Below, piece by piece: positions 28,199 through 38,449 of a stretch of 64,000 nucleotides of DNA. The stretch comes from a virus. Where the stretch lies: the IMG/VR virus record IMGVR_UViG_3300024978_000010, positions 2,221 through 66,220 of that record. The stretch is one strand, 5' to 3'. A program made the position numbers and the translations under genes. The stretch's first letter is position 1. The number at the start of each line of letters is the position of its first letter. Under the pieces are notes generated by a model. The model saw only the letters and a program-made list of their open reading frames with translations, ran no database searches and was not told the DNA's origin.

Positions 28199-28911
28199 TA
28201 CGCCGTCCTAGGGATGGTCAACGCCAGCCACGTGTTGAAGCCCGTCACGTTGACGCGCAGCACATTGTTAGCCGCGAACGACTGCGAACCCGTCACGCTC
28301 GTGAAGCTAGTGCCGTCCGTGGACTTCGCGTACCCGATGGTGGTGGTGCCGAGGCCGCGCTTCGCGACCCCGCTTAGGTTCAGGGTCACCGGATGCGTGA
28401 AGGTGATGTAGTAGTTACCGTCTGCCGGTGGGTTCAGGTAGAAGGACTCGTACTGCGTGGGGCGCACGTCTGCCACCACCGCCAGCCACGTGGAGCCGCC
28501 ATCTGCCGTCACCAGGGTCACGACCGACACTTGGTTCGCGCCGCCTGCTATCGAGCCGTCGCCGCCGTTCAGGATCGTGGTGTTCGTGGGGAACGTCAGC
28601 GTCCTGCCGCCCGTGCCGTCCTGGACGACGCGCAGCGTGATGGTGACGAGCCTGCCGGACGGCACGTTGGACGGTGCGAGGGTCACGTTGCCCGTGAGCC
28701 GCATCGTGCCGGTCACTTGTGCGCCGTTGGAGCAGTTGACCGTGGCCGTGCCCGACGAGTTGCCGAGCGCGACGTAGACCGCTGGTTCCGCCAGCGCCGC
28801 TATGGCCGCCGCCGTCGAGCGCTTGCTGGTCCCGCCTTGGACCACATACGCGAGCTCAACCCCGGTCAGGGGATCGGCGGCGGGTAGTGCGCTTACCTTG
28901 GTATCAGCCAT
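28198..28911 (-). CDS. Tail adaptor protein
   Basis: MADTKVSALPAA start; LTGNVTLA.SN, VQDGTGGRTLTFP; ends IPRTA like the collagen protein. Confidence 0.75.
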   Translation of the reverse strand: MADTKVSALPAADPLTGVELAYVVQGGTSKRSTAAAIAALAEPAVYVALGNSSGTATVNCSNGAQVTGTMRLTGNVTLAPSNVPSGRLVTITLRVVQDGTGGRTLTFPTNTTILNGGDGSIAGGANQVSVVTLVTADGGSTWLAVVADVRPTQYESFYLNPPADGNYYITFTHPVTLNLSGVAKRGLGTTTIGYAKSTDGTSFTSVTGSQSFAANNVLRVNVTGFNTWLALTIPRTA

Positions 28912-28919
28912 CACTCCTC

Positions 28920-29918
28920 CTACTCGATTATGACCTTACTGCCACTTTCAAGCAGGATGATGTCTCCGCTTTCCAGAAGCAGGAAGTTGGCCCCAGGGCC
29001 GATGGGCGCTATGCCGTCGCCCGTGTAGCGGATGTCGTAATAGTCGTTGCCGAGAGTGTCGCCCTGCACGCCGAAGTTCACGATACAGTAGGCGTCGACG
29101 TGGTAAAGCGCCAGCACGGCGAGTAGCGCGGAAGAGAACTGCCCCAGGACCCACTGCGGCACGCGCACGAACCACGTGAAGTCCTCGCGCCACACGTCGA
29201 CGCCCATGAGCTGCACCCCGACGGCGCGGAAGATGCTGAGCACCCCCTCCTGGCTGCCGGTGGCGCGAGCCAGGCGGAAGGCTTGCGAGTAGACGAAGCG
29301 CCGCACTTGCGGCGGCAGGCCGGGCACGCCGGGCGGGTCGTAGCCCATCGAGTTCGCGCGCGCCTTGACGAGGCGCATGGGGCAGTAGAGCGGGTTGTAC
29401 AAGTAGTGCTTATTCAGCGCCCAGATGGCGTCGTCATACAGGCGATCCACCATGAACGCCACCATGCTGTCCTGGTACTCCTGGTCTACGAAGCCCATGC
29501 CGGACGCCACGTAGCGCGTGAGGGCGTTCACGTCGCGCAGCGGGCCGACATCTTGGCGGCCGAAGCGTTCGTCGGCCACCGGCAGCGCGAAGGCAGTGAC
29601 CTCCAACCGGAAGCCTGCTGCCGTGACGGCGAAGTCGGTCAGCGACGGTAGCGGGGCGGCGGGGCGAACGGTGCTGCGGATGAGGAAGCTAGTCACCCCA
29701 GTGGTGGCGCTGTGCGTGGCCGGGATCGAGATGTCGAACGACGCGTCGGCGTTCGTGTGACTCAAGGTGAGTGTGACCGTCGCCGGGTCCGGGTTGTGGA
29801 TGTACACGCGCTTCTCGCGGTAATGCTGCGGACCGGCTGGTAACTCTAGCGCCGCGAGCCACGACCTATCCCGGCTGATGGGCCGTAGTAGGGCCGGGTC
29901 GTGGTAAGCGCGGATCAC
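28920..29918 (-). CDS. Baseplate wedge protein (P2 gpI-like position)
   Basis: Directly follows the baseplate J gene; RLARATGSQEGV resembles the gpI KGT..G motif. Confidence 0.6.
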   Translation of the reverse strand: MIRAYHDPALLRPISRDRSWLAALELPAGPQHYREKRVYIHNPDPATVTLTLSHTNADASFDISIPATHSATTGVTSFLIRSTVRPAAPLPSLTDFAVTAAGFRLEVTAFALPVADERFGRQDVGPLRDVNALTRYVASGMGFVDQEYQDSMVAFMVDRLYDDAIWALNKHYLYNPLYCPMRLVKARANSMGYDPPGVPGLPPQVRRFVYSQAFRLARATGSQEGVLSIFRAVGVQLMGVDVWREDFTWFVRVPQWVLGQFSSALLAVLALYHVDAYCIVNFGVQGDTLGNDYYDIRYTGDGIAPIGPGANFLLLESGDIILLESGSKVIIE

Positions 29919-31051
29919 TGCGCCTCGGTGAGCGTGATGTCTCCGGCTGCGATGCTAGGCGTCGGGTACTCCCACGGTTCCAACTCGTAGACAAGGGCGT
30001 CTGGGGTCGCGTCAAGCAAACGGCCGTTGAGGGTGATGTCGACGATGTAGCGAACGTTCGGCACGGACGCGATGGCGCCCCACAGCTGCCCCGCGAACAC
30101 GGGGCGTTCGTGCGGCCAGGTGCGCCAATCCAGGTGACGCTGTATCGCCTCAAGCATGTTCGTCTTGATGTCGTCCTCGTCGGCCCCCGGTTCGATCACG
30201 GCTTCGATGGTGCCGCTGATGGGAACCGGCTGAGCGGGGATGACATGCAGCGCCGACGCGCCGTACGGCACGGTGACGTGCAGCAGGGCGTCCTTCACCG
30301 CCGTGGTCTGCGCGTCAATGGCGGCACCACCAGCCTGGTCGACGAGGGCTAGCGTCAAGTGCCCGGCCTTCGGGGCGGTCTTGGTGTAGGTGGAGGGCGG
30401 TGTGTAAAGCACCTCGGTGCGGGCGCTGGCGAAGGCGCGTCCGATGTCGGGGAAGTTGAGCCCCACGTAATCCGCATGGTCTACGTCGCGCACTAGCGCC
30501 TGGGGGTTGAAGGCGTAAGCCCGGAAGAGGGTGCGGATCTCCGCGATCTCGCTGCCGTCGCGGCCCGGCGAGACATCGGCAATGACCACCGTGGCTCCGC
30601 GCAACCAGCCGGCGCTAGCGGTGATGGACGCCGCCGCCTCATCCGGCGTGCCGTCGCGGCCCTGCATCTCGGCCTTGATCTCCGCCTCACCGACCGTTTG
30701 GCCCACGGGGATGACCAGCGCCTCGGTGGCGATGAAGCGCAAGTCTCCCTGCACCACGATGAACGGGGCGGCCAAGGAATAGCTGCCACCAGCTGGCGCG
30801 GCGGGAACGGTGACGCGCACCTTAGCGGTGGCGAAGCTGGCGACATCCGGCTCGAAGCCGAACTCAGCGAAGCGCTGCCGCAAGTCGAGCTCGTTGCTGC
30901 GGAGCTCGATGGTGGCGGCGGTCGGCAAGTAGATGCCGTGATACAGGGCCAGCGCCAGGCGGATGTCGCGTTCGCCTAGGTTCTCTGGCGATACTTGTAG
31001 GCGCTCGGCGTAGAACGCCAGCCACGCCTCTTGGTCGATGAGGTAACTCAT
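29915..31051 (-). CDS. Baseplate J-like protein
   Basis: F.ATE.L.IP.G, PGRDGSE, ALVR..D, IASVPNVRYI; gene order. Confidence 0.85.
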   Translation of the reverse strand: MSYLIDQEAWLAFYAERLQVSPENLGERDIRLALALYHGIYLPTAATIELRSNELDLRQRFAEFGFEPDVASFATAKVRVTVPAAPAGGSYSLAAPFIVVQGDLRFIATEALVIPVGQTVGEAEIKAEMQGRDGTPDEAAASITASAGWLRGATVVIADVSPGRDGSEIAEIRTLFRAYAFNPQALVRDVDHADYVGLNFPDIGRAFASARTEVLYTPPSTYTKTAPKAGHLTLALVDQAGGAAIDAQTTAVKDALLHVTVPYGASALHVIPAQPVPISGTIEAVIEPGADEDDIKTNMLEAIQRHLDWRTWPHERPVFAGQLWGAIASVPNVRYIVDITLNGRLLDATPDALVYELEPWEYPTPSIAAGDITLTEAQ

Positions 31052-31368
31052 GGGGTGCGGTACTCCACGAGGAAGCGCTGAAAGCCGTCCTCGTCAATGT
31101 CATCATCGGCCACGACCTGGAAGAAGATGCCCGGCACGAAGGCTTGCAGGGTGCGCAGGACGTAATCACGCAGAACGCTGGCCGGTAGGGCGCGGCCCTG
31201 GTGGATGAACTCCAAGGCCAAGTTGCCGAAGTTGGGGCGTCCGGCAATGGTGTTGGTGCGGATGCGCAAGGCGTCGGCGATCTGCCGCGCCAGCGGGGAG
31301 CTGAACGTCTCCGGTACGGACACGCCGCCGTTGGATACATCGAAGTAAGCAAGTACGGGGTCCATCAC
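31048..31368 (-). CDS. Baseplate gp25/gpW-like protein
   Basis: QI.DAL......GRPNFG motif; size and position. Confidence 0.7.
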   Translation of the reverse strand: MMDPVLAYFDVSNGGVSVPETFSSPLARQIADALRIRTNTIAGRPNFGNLALEFIHQGRALPASVLRDYVLRTLQAFVPGIFFQVVADDDIDEDGFQRFLVEYRTP

Positions 31369-31414
31369 AGCCTCCGTAACGACGCTACTGTGGGCATCGA
31401 CGCCGCCGCAGGAA

Positions 31415-32290
31415 TCATGTGGTGCTATTCGTGATGAGCCCCAGGTCGGCTAGCGCTGTTAGCAGGCTAGCGAGAGCCGGGGTGGTTGCGCCATCAGCGG
31501 CGGTCTTAGTGCCGGTCACGGCGGGCTTGGTGATGGGCGTAGTGCCGTAGAAGCCGAGCCTGACGGCGGCCAGACTGATGCCGCGTACCAGCGTGAGGAT
31601 CAAGTCGTTGCTCGCGGTGTTCAGCACGAAGCTGTTGCCCTTGTCGTCCTTGATGGTGAGGGCCTTGGCTACGCCGTCGGCCAGGATGGTGTAGACCACC
31701 CCCAGGCCGGTGTGCGTCACCCGCCAGCGCACCACGGTGTCGTCGAGGCGGTGTTCGTCCAGGACGACGGTGGACGGCCCGATGACCTCCGACGTGTCGC
31801 GGTTGGGGTCGGTCGGCCAGGGGTGCCGCGTCTGCCAGCCGTGGCCGCGACTATCGAGGTGCGTGCGGCCGACATCCCCGTTGGGGCCGAACACCGGGTC
31901 GGAGGGGGCGTTCACGTAGCGGTCCTCGCCGCCGTTGCCCGCGCGCTTGGTGTAATCGACCGTCTCGCGCAAGTCGCTGTAGCGGTCGTCGGTGTTCTGC
32001 GGCCCGTAGGCGATGACAGCCAAGCCGATAGGGTTGATGGGCGACCTATCGACCGGAGCCACCACCACACGCGTGCCCGGCTTCAACGGCTGCCAGTCCA
32101 TCTGATCGCCGTGGAAGTGGTTGAGGAACACCGGGATGGGGTGCGGGGTGATGGGGTCGGGGTTGGCGACGGAAGCGATCCACGGCATCTTCACACGTGC
32201 GTAATGGCGGGGGTACTTGACTCCTGCCTTGTTCGTCTCGGGTGAAGCCTTGTAGTTCGCCTCCACGACCTCGGAGATGTGGCAGATCAT
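31415..32290 (-). CDS. Baseplate spike (gpV/gp5-like)
   Basis: ARVKMPW...PLKPGTRVVV OB-fold pattern followed by beta repeats. Confidence 0.7.
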   Translation of the reverse strand: MICHISEVVEANYKASPETNKAGVKYPRHYARVKMPWIASVANPDPITPHPIPVFLNHFHGDQMDWQPLKPGTRVVVAPVDRSPINPIGLAVIAYGPQNTDDRYSDLRETVDYTKRAGNGGEDRYVNAPSDPVFGPNGDVGRTHLDSRGHGWQTRHPWPTDPNRDTSEVIGPSTVVLDEHRLDDTVVRWRVTHTGLGVVYTILADGVAKALTIKDDKGNSFVLNTASNDLILTLVRGISLAAVRLGFYGTTPITKPAVTGTKTAADGATTPALASLLTALADLGLITNSTT

Positions 32291-33474
32291 GCGGGGGCCT
32301 CCGCGCCGCGCCCGCCGCGCAAGGCGCCTTTGGTCTGCCAACCCGACTCGTCGATGATGTGGGTCACCGACACTATCTCCATAGGTGTGGCGTACAGGTC
32401 TTCCAGGCCCGGAGGCGGGTTGAGGGCCTTGATCTCGTCGAGCGGTAGGATGGGGAGTCCCGTAAGCAACGCGAAGTCGCCCTCGATGGACGCCCAGTAG
32501 TAATCACCGGCAGCGCGGTCGACGATATCTTGGGCGTCTTGCTGCGTGGCGGTGGACAAGAAGCCGATGTGCAGCGAGGTACCCTCCACCCCCATAGGGT
32601 TTGTGGCCGACACGACCACCGACTTCAGATCCAAGCCTTCCTCTGGCGCGACCCAGGTCGCCTCGATGGTAGCCGGCGACTCCACGAAGCTCTGCCGTGG
32701 CGTCCAGGTGGTGAGGATCGGCGGGTTGGTGTCGCCGAGCTGGGTACGACGCGTGGAGAGCGTCCACGTGCGATATTCGCGCCCGAGTTGCGGCTTAGCG
32801 CCAGGGTAGAAGAAGTGAACCTCTCCGTTCATCTGGTCAAGCCAATGAACGAAGTTGGCCTTGGACCAGCGCTGTATGTAATCGAGGAGGTTGTTGTCAC
32901 TCTCGCCGCCCTCGTCGGCCTCGCCTTGCGCGACATCTTCAACGTTAGCGCTGATGGGGAAGCGTTGCTGAAGCAGGGTGTCGGCAATGTACAGCACTTG
33001 AGCCGCCTCGGTGCCGGTGGCCGACGTGCGCGTTTCGCGTGCCTGGAACATCTGACTATCACACTCGACATCGACTGCCACGGGGTTCGTGCCGGCCGGG
33101 TAAGCCTGCATGATATACCCACTGAACACTTCCTGAAAGCTGCTCGGTCGATCCTCGTAGCCGACCTCCACGCGCACAGGCATGGTCTTCTCGAACTCCG
33201 CGCCGACCAGTTTGGCCGACTCCTCGCCGATGATGGTGATGGTCGCCATATGCACCTGGTCGATGCCGAGGTTGACCTCCACGCGCCTTATCGCCGCGTC
33301 GTAACCGCGCACCGCCTGGACCCCGCCCTGACGAAGTTGGGTCATCAAACGCTTACCGTTGACGTAGACGCGAAAGGCGGGCTGGAAACCGAGCACGTAG
33401 CCCCCGCCGCCGAGGTCCCGGCCACCACTAGAGCCGCCGCCACCGACCAGTAGGCCGGTAGTGTCCGGCCTCAC
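32287..33474 (-). CDS. Baseplate hub / late control D-like protein
   Basis: VRVEVGY...VFSGYI, IVSVTH.IDESGWQT; GTGA overlap. Confidence 0.75.
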   Translation of the reverse strand: MRPDTTGLLVGGGGSSGGRDLGGGGYVLGFQPAFRVYVNGKRLMTQLRQGGVQAVRGYDAAIRRVEVNLGIDQVHMATITIIGEESAKLVGAEFEKTMPVRVEVGYEDRPSSFQEVFSGYIMQAYPAGTNPVAVDVECDSQMFQARETRTSATGTEAAQVLYIADTLLQQRFPISANVEDVAQGEADEGGESDNNLLDYIQRWSKANFVHWLDQMNGEVHFFYPGAKPQLGREYRTWTLSTRRTQLGDTNPPILTTWTPRQSFVESPATIEATWVAPEEGLDLKSVVVSATNPMGVEGTSLHIGFLSTATQQDAQDIVDRAAGDYYWASIEGDFALLTGLPILPLDEIKALNPPPGLEDLYATPMEIVSVTHIIDESGWQTKGALRGGRGAEAPA

Positions 33475-33923
33475 CGCGCCACCTCTGGCCGTCGTTCGCG
33501 CCTCACGACCACGCCATAGATGTCCACTTGGTTCTGAAGGTAGTTGAAGTACGCCTGCACCCACGCGGGAACGTCGCCGTGCCTGACCGCCACTGGCGGC
33601 ACCAGCGGTTCGGTGTTGGGGATGATCGAGTACCCCATGCCGCTAGCCGCCGTCCACGGCGAGATCATGTCGGGGAAGCTGGCGGCGCGACCCTCACTGG
33701 GGATGCGCAGCGGGTAACCACCGGGCCAATAACCAGTCAACCAAGCGTTATGCAGACTGAGGGTGTTCACGCCAGACTGGAAGTTGATGCCCAGCGTGCC
33801 GGCGTGGTACTTGCCGATCCGTTCATCCTCGGCGTACAGCGCGAACGGGTTGTTCGGCGGCCGGTACGCGCTAGCGATAGCCTGCCAGATGCGCTGCCGG
33901 TGGGGGATAACGAATATGGGCAT
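33471..33923 (-). CDS. Baseplate protein (gpX/LysM-like position)
   Basis: Synteny; coupled to both neighbours. Confidence 0.5.
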   Translation of the reverse strand: MPIFVIPHRQRIWQAIASAYRPPNNPFALYAEDERIGKYHAGTLGINFQSGVNTLSLHNAWLTGYWPGGYPLRIPSEGRAASFPDMISPWTAASGMGYSIIPNTEPLVPPVAVRHGDVPAWVQAYFNYLQNQVDIYGVVVRRERRPEVAR

Positions 33924-34432
33924 CAGTTGAACTCTACTCTGTACTCTGGAACCTGCATCAGGGTGATACTGACCGGGATGGTGCTTGGCATCTGCGCGTC
34001 GGCCCCGCCGAACGAGGGAACATCCTCTTGCAGCGCGATCTCGCTGTCCAGCGACTGAAGCGCCACCACCATAGCGTCACGCTTCGGCGCGTGGAACAGC
34101 ATCAGTGGGCTGGGGCCGTTATCGTCGATGAACTTCTTGATGGCCAGGTACTCGTCGTACACGTTAGCGCCAGGGTCGCGACCACTCGACCTCGCCTCGC
34201 TGGCGAGGAACTTGTTCCAAGCGTTCAGCTTCGCCTCGAACGACCACGCCAACCCCGAGCCGTAGCCTTGGCTGACGTAAGGCGCGTTCATGCCCGGCAG
34301 CGGCTGGATGTTCAAGGTGCTGCGGTACCCTTCGGAGATTATCGGCACGTCGCTGAAGAGCCACAACTGCCCCGTCTTGATGGTGCTGAGGTAGAAGCTT
34401 GGCGGTGGGAGTTCACGTTGGCTATCCATCAC
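33923..34432 (-). CDS. Tail tube initiator-like protein
   Basis: Lies immediately after the tape measure gene; PYV..GYG..LAWSFE, VSITLMQ. Confidence 0.55.
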   Translation of the reverse strand: MMDSQRELPPPSFYLSTIKTGQLWLFSDVPIISEGYRSTLNIQPLPGMNAPYVSQGYGSGLAWSFEAKLNAWNKFLASEARSSGRDPGANVYDEYLAIKKFIDDNGPSPLMLFHAPKRDAMVVALQSLDSEIALQEDVPSFGGADAQMPSTIPVSITLMQVPEYRVEFN

Positions 34433-37400
34433 CTGGCTCCACTTCTCGCGGCGTACTGAGCGTTGCGGGCCGAGATGGGGGCCGCCAGCTCCCGGACGAT
34501 GAGATCCGATATCGCCTGGAACAAGTTGCGCTTCAAGTCGGGGCCATCAAGGATGGCGTCGACGGTCGCCTGGGCGATCTCCTCAGCCGACTGCCCCGGC
34601 GCGGCCTCCACCTTGACACCGCCAACGTCGATGGTCAGCGGCGCACTCACGGTACTGCCGGTATCCGTGGGCGGCTGAACCGTGTTGAAGCCGCTGTAAA
34701 GGCCGTCAAGGCTCATCGGGTCGACGCGCTGGCCATCGCGGTAGGCCCCGATGTGGACATGTGTGCCGTCGCCACCGCTGCTGCTGTACACCTTGCCGGT
34801 GTTCCCCTGCACGGCGAACGCCTGCCCGGCGCGCACGCCACGCGGATCGGCTCCGTACTGCGCCTTCGTGTCGTCAGACAGGTGCGAGTAAGTGATGGTC
34901 GCTAGTCCGTAGGCGTCGCGGAAGATGGCGCTATTCCCGAAGATGCTGGTCCCGCCACCGCCGAACAGGTCGGCGTTCCTGGCGTAATCGGCGTCTGTGT
35001 ACAGGTACTCGACGGACCCCCCGGCCAGCGCTTTGATGTTCGGGTCGCTGAGCACCACATCAAGGCCGGTGTGCGACCCGTAACTGTTGTTACGCGCCGC
35101 CCCGTAAGGCTCCGTGATGACGCCGCCCCAGAAGTTGCCGCCAGCCGTCGTGGCGGCCTTGCTGTCGTCCACACTCGGCGCTGCGGGGCTCGGCGAGGCC
35201 GTGGAGGGGCGCGGGATGCTGGTGCCGCGAATGAAGCGCAAGTCGGGATCCTGCACGAAGCCGGTGAACACGTCACCGACTTGGCTGGGGCGCAAGTAGC
35301 TGGTAGCGGTCAGCGCCTCCGCGCTCTTCTTGGTGTTCCCCTCGATCACGCCTAGGGCAGCGAGGATGCCCTTCAGGTACTCGATGCCTTGCTCCTCGCC
35401 ACCTTGGGCCGCGACGACGCTATCCCAGATGTCGCCGATGCGCGCCGCGCTCTCAACGTCAACCACGGCGTTCGAGCTCAACACCGCGCCGTCCTCGCCC
35501 ACCAACGCAGCGCGGCCCGTCTGCACCGAGCGCCGCAGCGCCACCCCGAGCAGCGCCTCGCCTGACATGGTGAGGTCACCCTGCATCACCGGCTGCATGG
35601 CGTACTGCACAGCCTGGAACACTTCGGTGTTGTTGTACGGAACATTCGGGTTGGCGCGGTAGAACTCGTCCACCGTGAGCGCCAGGTCGCTGCGGATGTC
35701 GCTCTCGCTGGCGCCCTCGGTCATCATCAGCGCGGCGCGGTTACGCAAGATGGTGGCGATGCCGCCCTTACGCATCGCCTCCTGCATCGTCCAAGCGGGG
35801 TCGGGGCCGGGGCGCATCCACTCCGGGAACTGACTGCCTTTGATCCTGGGGGTGATGACATCCAGCACGTGACTGCCGGCGTTGCCGACGCGCCGCCAGA
35901 AGAGCTCAGAACCACTCATGTTCGCGTCGTAACCCGCCTGCGCCGCGAGTTCTGGGCTCATCGCGGCGAACTCACGCCAGTTGCGGGCGATGTTCCCACT
36001 CTGCATGGCGGTGGCGGCGGTCACTCCGATGGCCGCCGCCGCCGCGAGCGGGATGGCTGGCCCCGCCATGAGGGCCTTGCCAAGGGCGCCGAACCCCGCC
36101 GACGCCCCGCCCGCGAAGGCTTTCACGACGCCCGCCCCAGCCCCGCCGAGCAGCCAGTTGGTGCCGGCCATGCCGCCCATTAGTCCACTGGCCATCAACG
36201 CCGACTGCATACTGAGGCTGGCGAAAGTGTTCGACTGCGGGGCGCGCGCCGCCCAAGTGAACTGCTTGTCGGTGATGAGCTTAGCCGCGTCGACGAACGC
36301 CTGCCCAGCCGTGAGGATCGCGCCGGCGCTGTCGACGTACTGGCCGTTGCGGGTCTGCATGTACTCCGAGATGTGCCGCGCCGTGCGAATAGGATCCGAG
36401 CTGTCGACGACGGCGTTCAGTGAGGTCCCCAGAAGCTGCGACACGAGGCCGGTGCCGAAGCCGGTGATGCTACCGAATATTCGGTCGACGAGCGAGATGA
36501 CCTCTTCCCCGGCGTTGGAATCGAGGAAGGACTCGAAAGCGTCGTTCAGCTGCGTCAAGTTCGTGCGAACCTTATCCAACGAGTCGGAGTACAACTCGAC
36601 GCGGAAGTTCTGGTACAACGCGCCCATGCGGTCTACCTGGCCGGCGGTCGTACCCGCACGGCGCGTCAGGTAGTCAGGCCCGAAGCCCATCTCAGAGAGC
36701 ATCTGGATGAGCACCTTGCCAGGATCCGCCGCGTTAGCGCCGCCCATCTCCTGTTCGATCTCAAGGAGACGGTTCCTCGGCAACTCGAAGCGCAGCGCCA
36801 ACGAGCGGAAGCGGTCGGGGCCACCGGAGTAGAGCTCCGACAGGGCCACCATCGCGCCCTTGGTGCCCTGCACCGGGTCACGAGCGACCAGCAAGGCGCG
36901 GGCCAGAGCGCCCGTCTGCAAGCCAGCCTGGAACTCGTCTTGCGTCTGCGCCGTGATGCGGATGATAGGCGCCAACTGGCGAAACTGCTCCGCGAGTTCG
37001 GGGCGCGACAGACCCATCTCCTGAGCCGTGACGGGCATACCGGCGAAGTAATCGCTGTAGATGAGGCGCCGCGATTCACTACCCGCCAACTGGCGCGAGA
37101 TACCCAGCTTGTCGGACATCAAGGCGTTCTGAAGCAAGGTCTGGCGCTCTTCTAGATCCAGAGCCTGCCCGATGGTGCTCTGCGCCGCGTAGCCGACGAC
37201 GTTGCCGATGTTCTGCGCCATGTACAAACCGGCCGCGCCGCGCATCAGGTTCTGGTAGTTGAAGATCCCGCGAACGCCGCCCAAGACGCGACGGTACTGG
37301 CCGCTGGCGTGCTTCACGCCGCCCCACGTGCTTTCCCACATGCCGCCTAGGTTGGGGCCGGGGAACAGGTCGCTGAAGCCGACCCAGCGGCCGCCGTACA

Positions 37401-38166
37401 TGCCCTGCCCGCCGTAGGAGGGGCCTCCCTGGGGCGGAAGCGCGTAGCCGCCGCCAGGGGGAGGTGGGGGCGTGAAGCCGCCGCCACCACCGGGGGGTGG
37501 AGGTGCGTAGCCGCCGCCAGGGGGTGGTGTGTAGCCGCCACCGGGTGGGGGCGGCGTGTAGCCAGGGCCACCGACTTGGTGGTACGTGCCGTTCGGGCCG
37601 ATGCGCCACACGCGCCCGTCAGCGCTGGTGTAGGTCCGTCCGGCGACGGGGCCGCCACTCCATTGCTGCGACCGCCCTGCGGCGCTTTCCGGGGTGTAAG
37701 TGGAGCCGTAGCCGGGAACGTACACCATGCCGCTTGGCATCGGCGCTGACGGCAGGGTCATCGGCGTAGCGATCGGCCGGGCGGCGCGGGGGAACTCGAT
37801 GCTCCCCCGGCCAGGCAAGTACACCGTGCCGCCCGGCATGGGCACGCCGCCGAAGATCGTTCCTTGAGACGGCGACGCGCCCCGCACCCCGACGCTGGCA
37901 GCCGCCGCCGCCGCTGCGGCCCCAGCCCCAGCCCTAGCCCCAACCCCGGCAACCCCAGCGCCAGCCGCCGCCGCGCTGACGGACGCTAGGGCGACGGCCA
38001 GGCTATCGAGCTGCCCCACCGAGTCGCGGACCATCGCCTTGATGGACGCCCCGATGGACTTGATGGCCGTGTCGAGGTTCCGCGCCTCTGTGAGCGCCTT
38101 CGAGAAGTCGATATCCGCCCGGAAGGACGCACCGAAGATGCTGACGCCCTTCTCACCCGGTGGCAT
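34429..38166 (-). CDS. Tape measure protein with C-terminal M23 peptidase
   Basis: 1245 aa, Ala/Gly-rich and helical; HTGLDV...YSHL...GNTG...HVH. Confidence 0.88.
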   Translation of the reverse strand: MPPGEKGVSIFGASFRADIDFSKALTEARNLDTAIKSIGASIKAMVRDSVGQLDSLAVALASVSAAAAGAGVAGVGARAGAGAAAAAAAASVGVRGASPSQGTIFGGVPMPGGTVYLPGRGSIEFPRAARPIATPMTLPSAPMPSGMVYVPGYGSTYTPESAAGRSQQWSGGPVAGRTYTSADGRVWRIGPNGTYHQVGGPGYTPPPPGGGYTPPPGGGYAPPPPGGGGGFTPPPPPGGGYALPPQGGPSYGGQGMYGGRWVGFSDLFPGPNLGGMWESTWGGVKHASGQYRRVLGGVRGIFNYQNLMRGAAGLYMAQNIGNVVGYAAQSTIGQALDLEERQTLLQNALMSDKLGISRQLAGSESRRLIYSDYFAGMPVTAQEMGLSRPELAEQFRQLAPIIRITAQTQDEFQAGLQTGALARALLVARDPVQGTKGAMVALSELYSGGPDRFRSLALRFELPRNRLLEIEQEMGGANAADPGKVLIQMLSEMGFGPDYLTRRAGTTAGQVDRMGALYQNFRVELYSDSLDKVRTNLTQLNDAFESFLDSNAGEEVISLVDRIFGSITGFGTGLVSQLLGTSLNAVVDSSDPIRTARHISEYMQTRNGQYVDSAGAILTAGQAFVDAAKLITDKQFTWAARAPQSNTFASLSMQSALMASGLMGGMAGTNWLLGGAGAGVVKAFAGGASAGFGALGKALMAGPAIPLAAAAAIGVTAATAMQSGNIARNWREFAAMSPELAAQAGYDANMSGSELFWRRVGNAGSHVLDVITPRIKGSQFPEWMRPGPDPAWTMQEAMRKGGIATILRNRAALMMTEGASESDIRSDLALTVDEFYRANPNVPYNNTEVFQAVQYAMQPVMQGDLTMSGEALLGVALRRSVQTGRAALVGEDGAVLSSNAVVDVESAARIGDIWDSVVAAQGGEEQGIEYLKGILAALGVIEGNTKKSAEALTATSYLRPSQVGDVFTGFVQDPDLRFIRGTSIPRPSTASPSPAAPSVDDSKAATTAGGNFWGGVITEPYGAARNNSYGSHTGLDVVLSDPNIKALAGGSVEYLYTDADYARNADLFGGGGTSIFGNSAIFRDAYGLATITYSHLSDDTKAQYGADPRGVRAGQAFAVQGNTGKVYSSSGGDGTHVHIGAYRDGQRVDPMSLDGLYSGFNTVQPPTDTGSTVSAPLTIDVGGVKVEAAPGQSAEEIAQATVDAILDGPDLKRNLFQAISDLIVRELAAPISARNAQYAARSGAR

Positions 38167-38168
38167 GA

Positions 38169-38449
38169 CTACCCCCGGCCGCGCTTGCGCTGCATGGCTT
38201 GGATAGCGTCCTTGCGGCGCTTTGCCTCGCGCTCGTTCGCGTCACGCACGCTGTCATACCACTCGCGCAACTCATCTAACGGCAGGGTACGGAGGTCGGT
38301 GATTCGTTCGCCGGAATGTTTGAGGTACATGATGTACCCCTTACGCGCCACCTCGTGAGCACGCTGCATGTTGTACAGGTGTTCTATCCAATCACTTGCC
38401 GGCAACTCGCCGCTTACCATCTTTTGGCTTAGCTGACGGATCGCCATCT
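38169..38449 (-). CDS. Second tail assembly chaperone ORF (start uncertain, possibly reached by frameshift)
   Basis: Overlaps the chaperone 3' end in the +1 frame; LRTLPLDELREW motif; directly precedes the tape measure gene. Confidence 0.55.

Noticed and set aside
21533..28911. Diversity-generating retroelement or invertase-driven fibre switching
   Set aside because: No reverse transcriptase or invertase; paralogous segments are co-oriented and diverged without adenine-specific differences.
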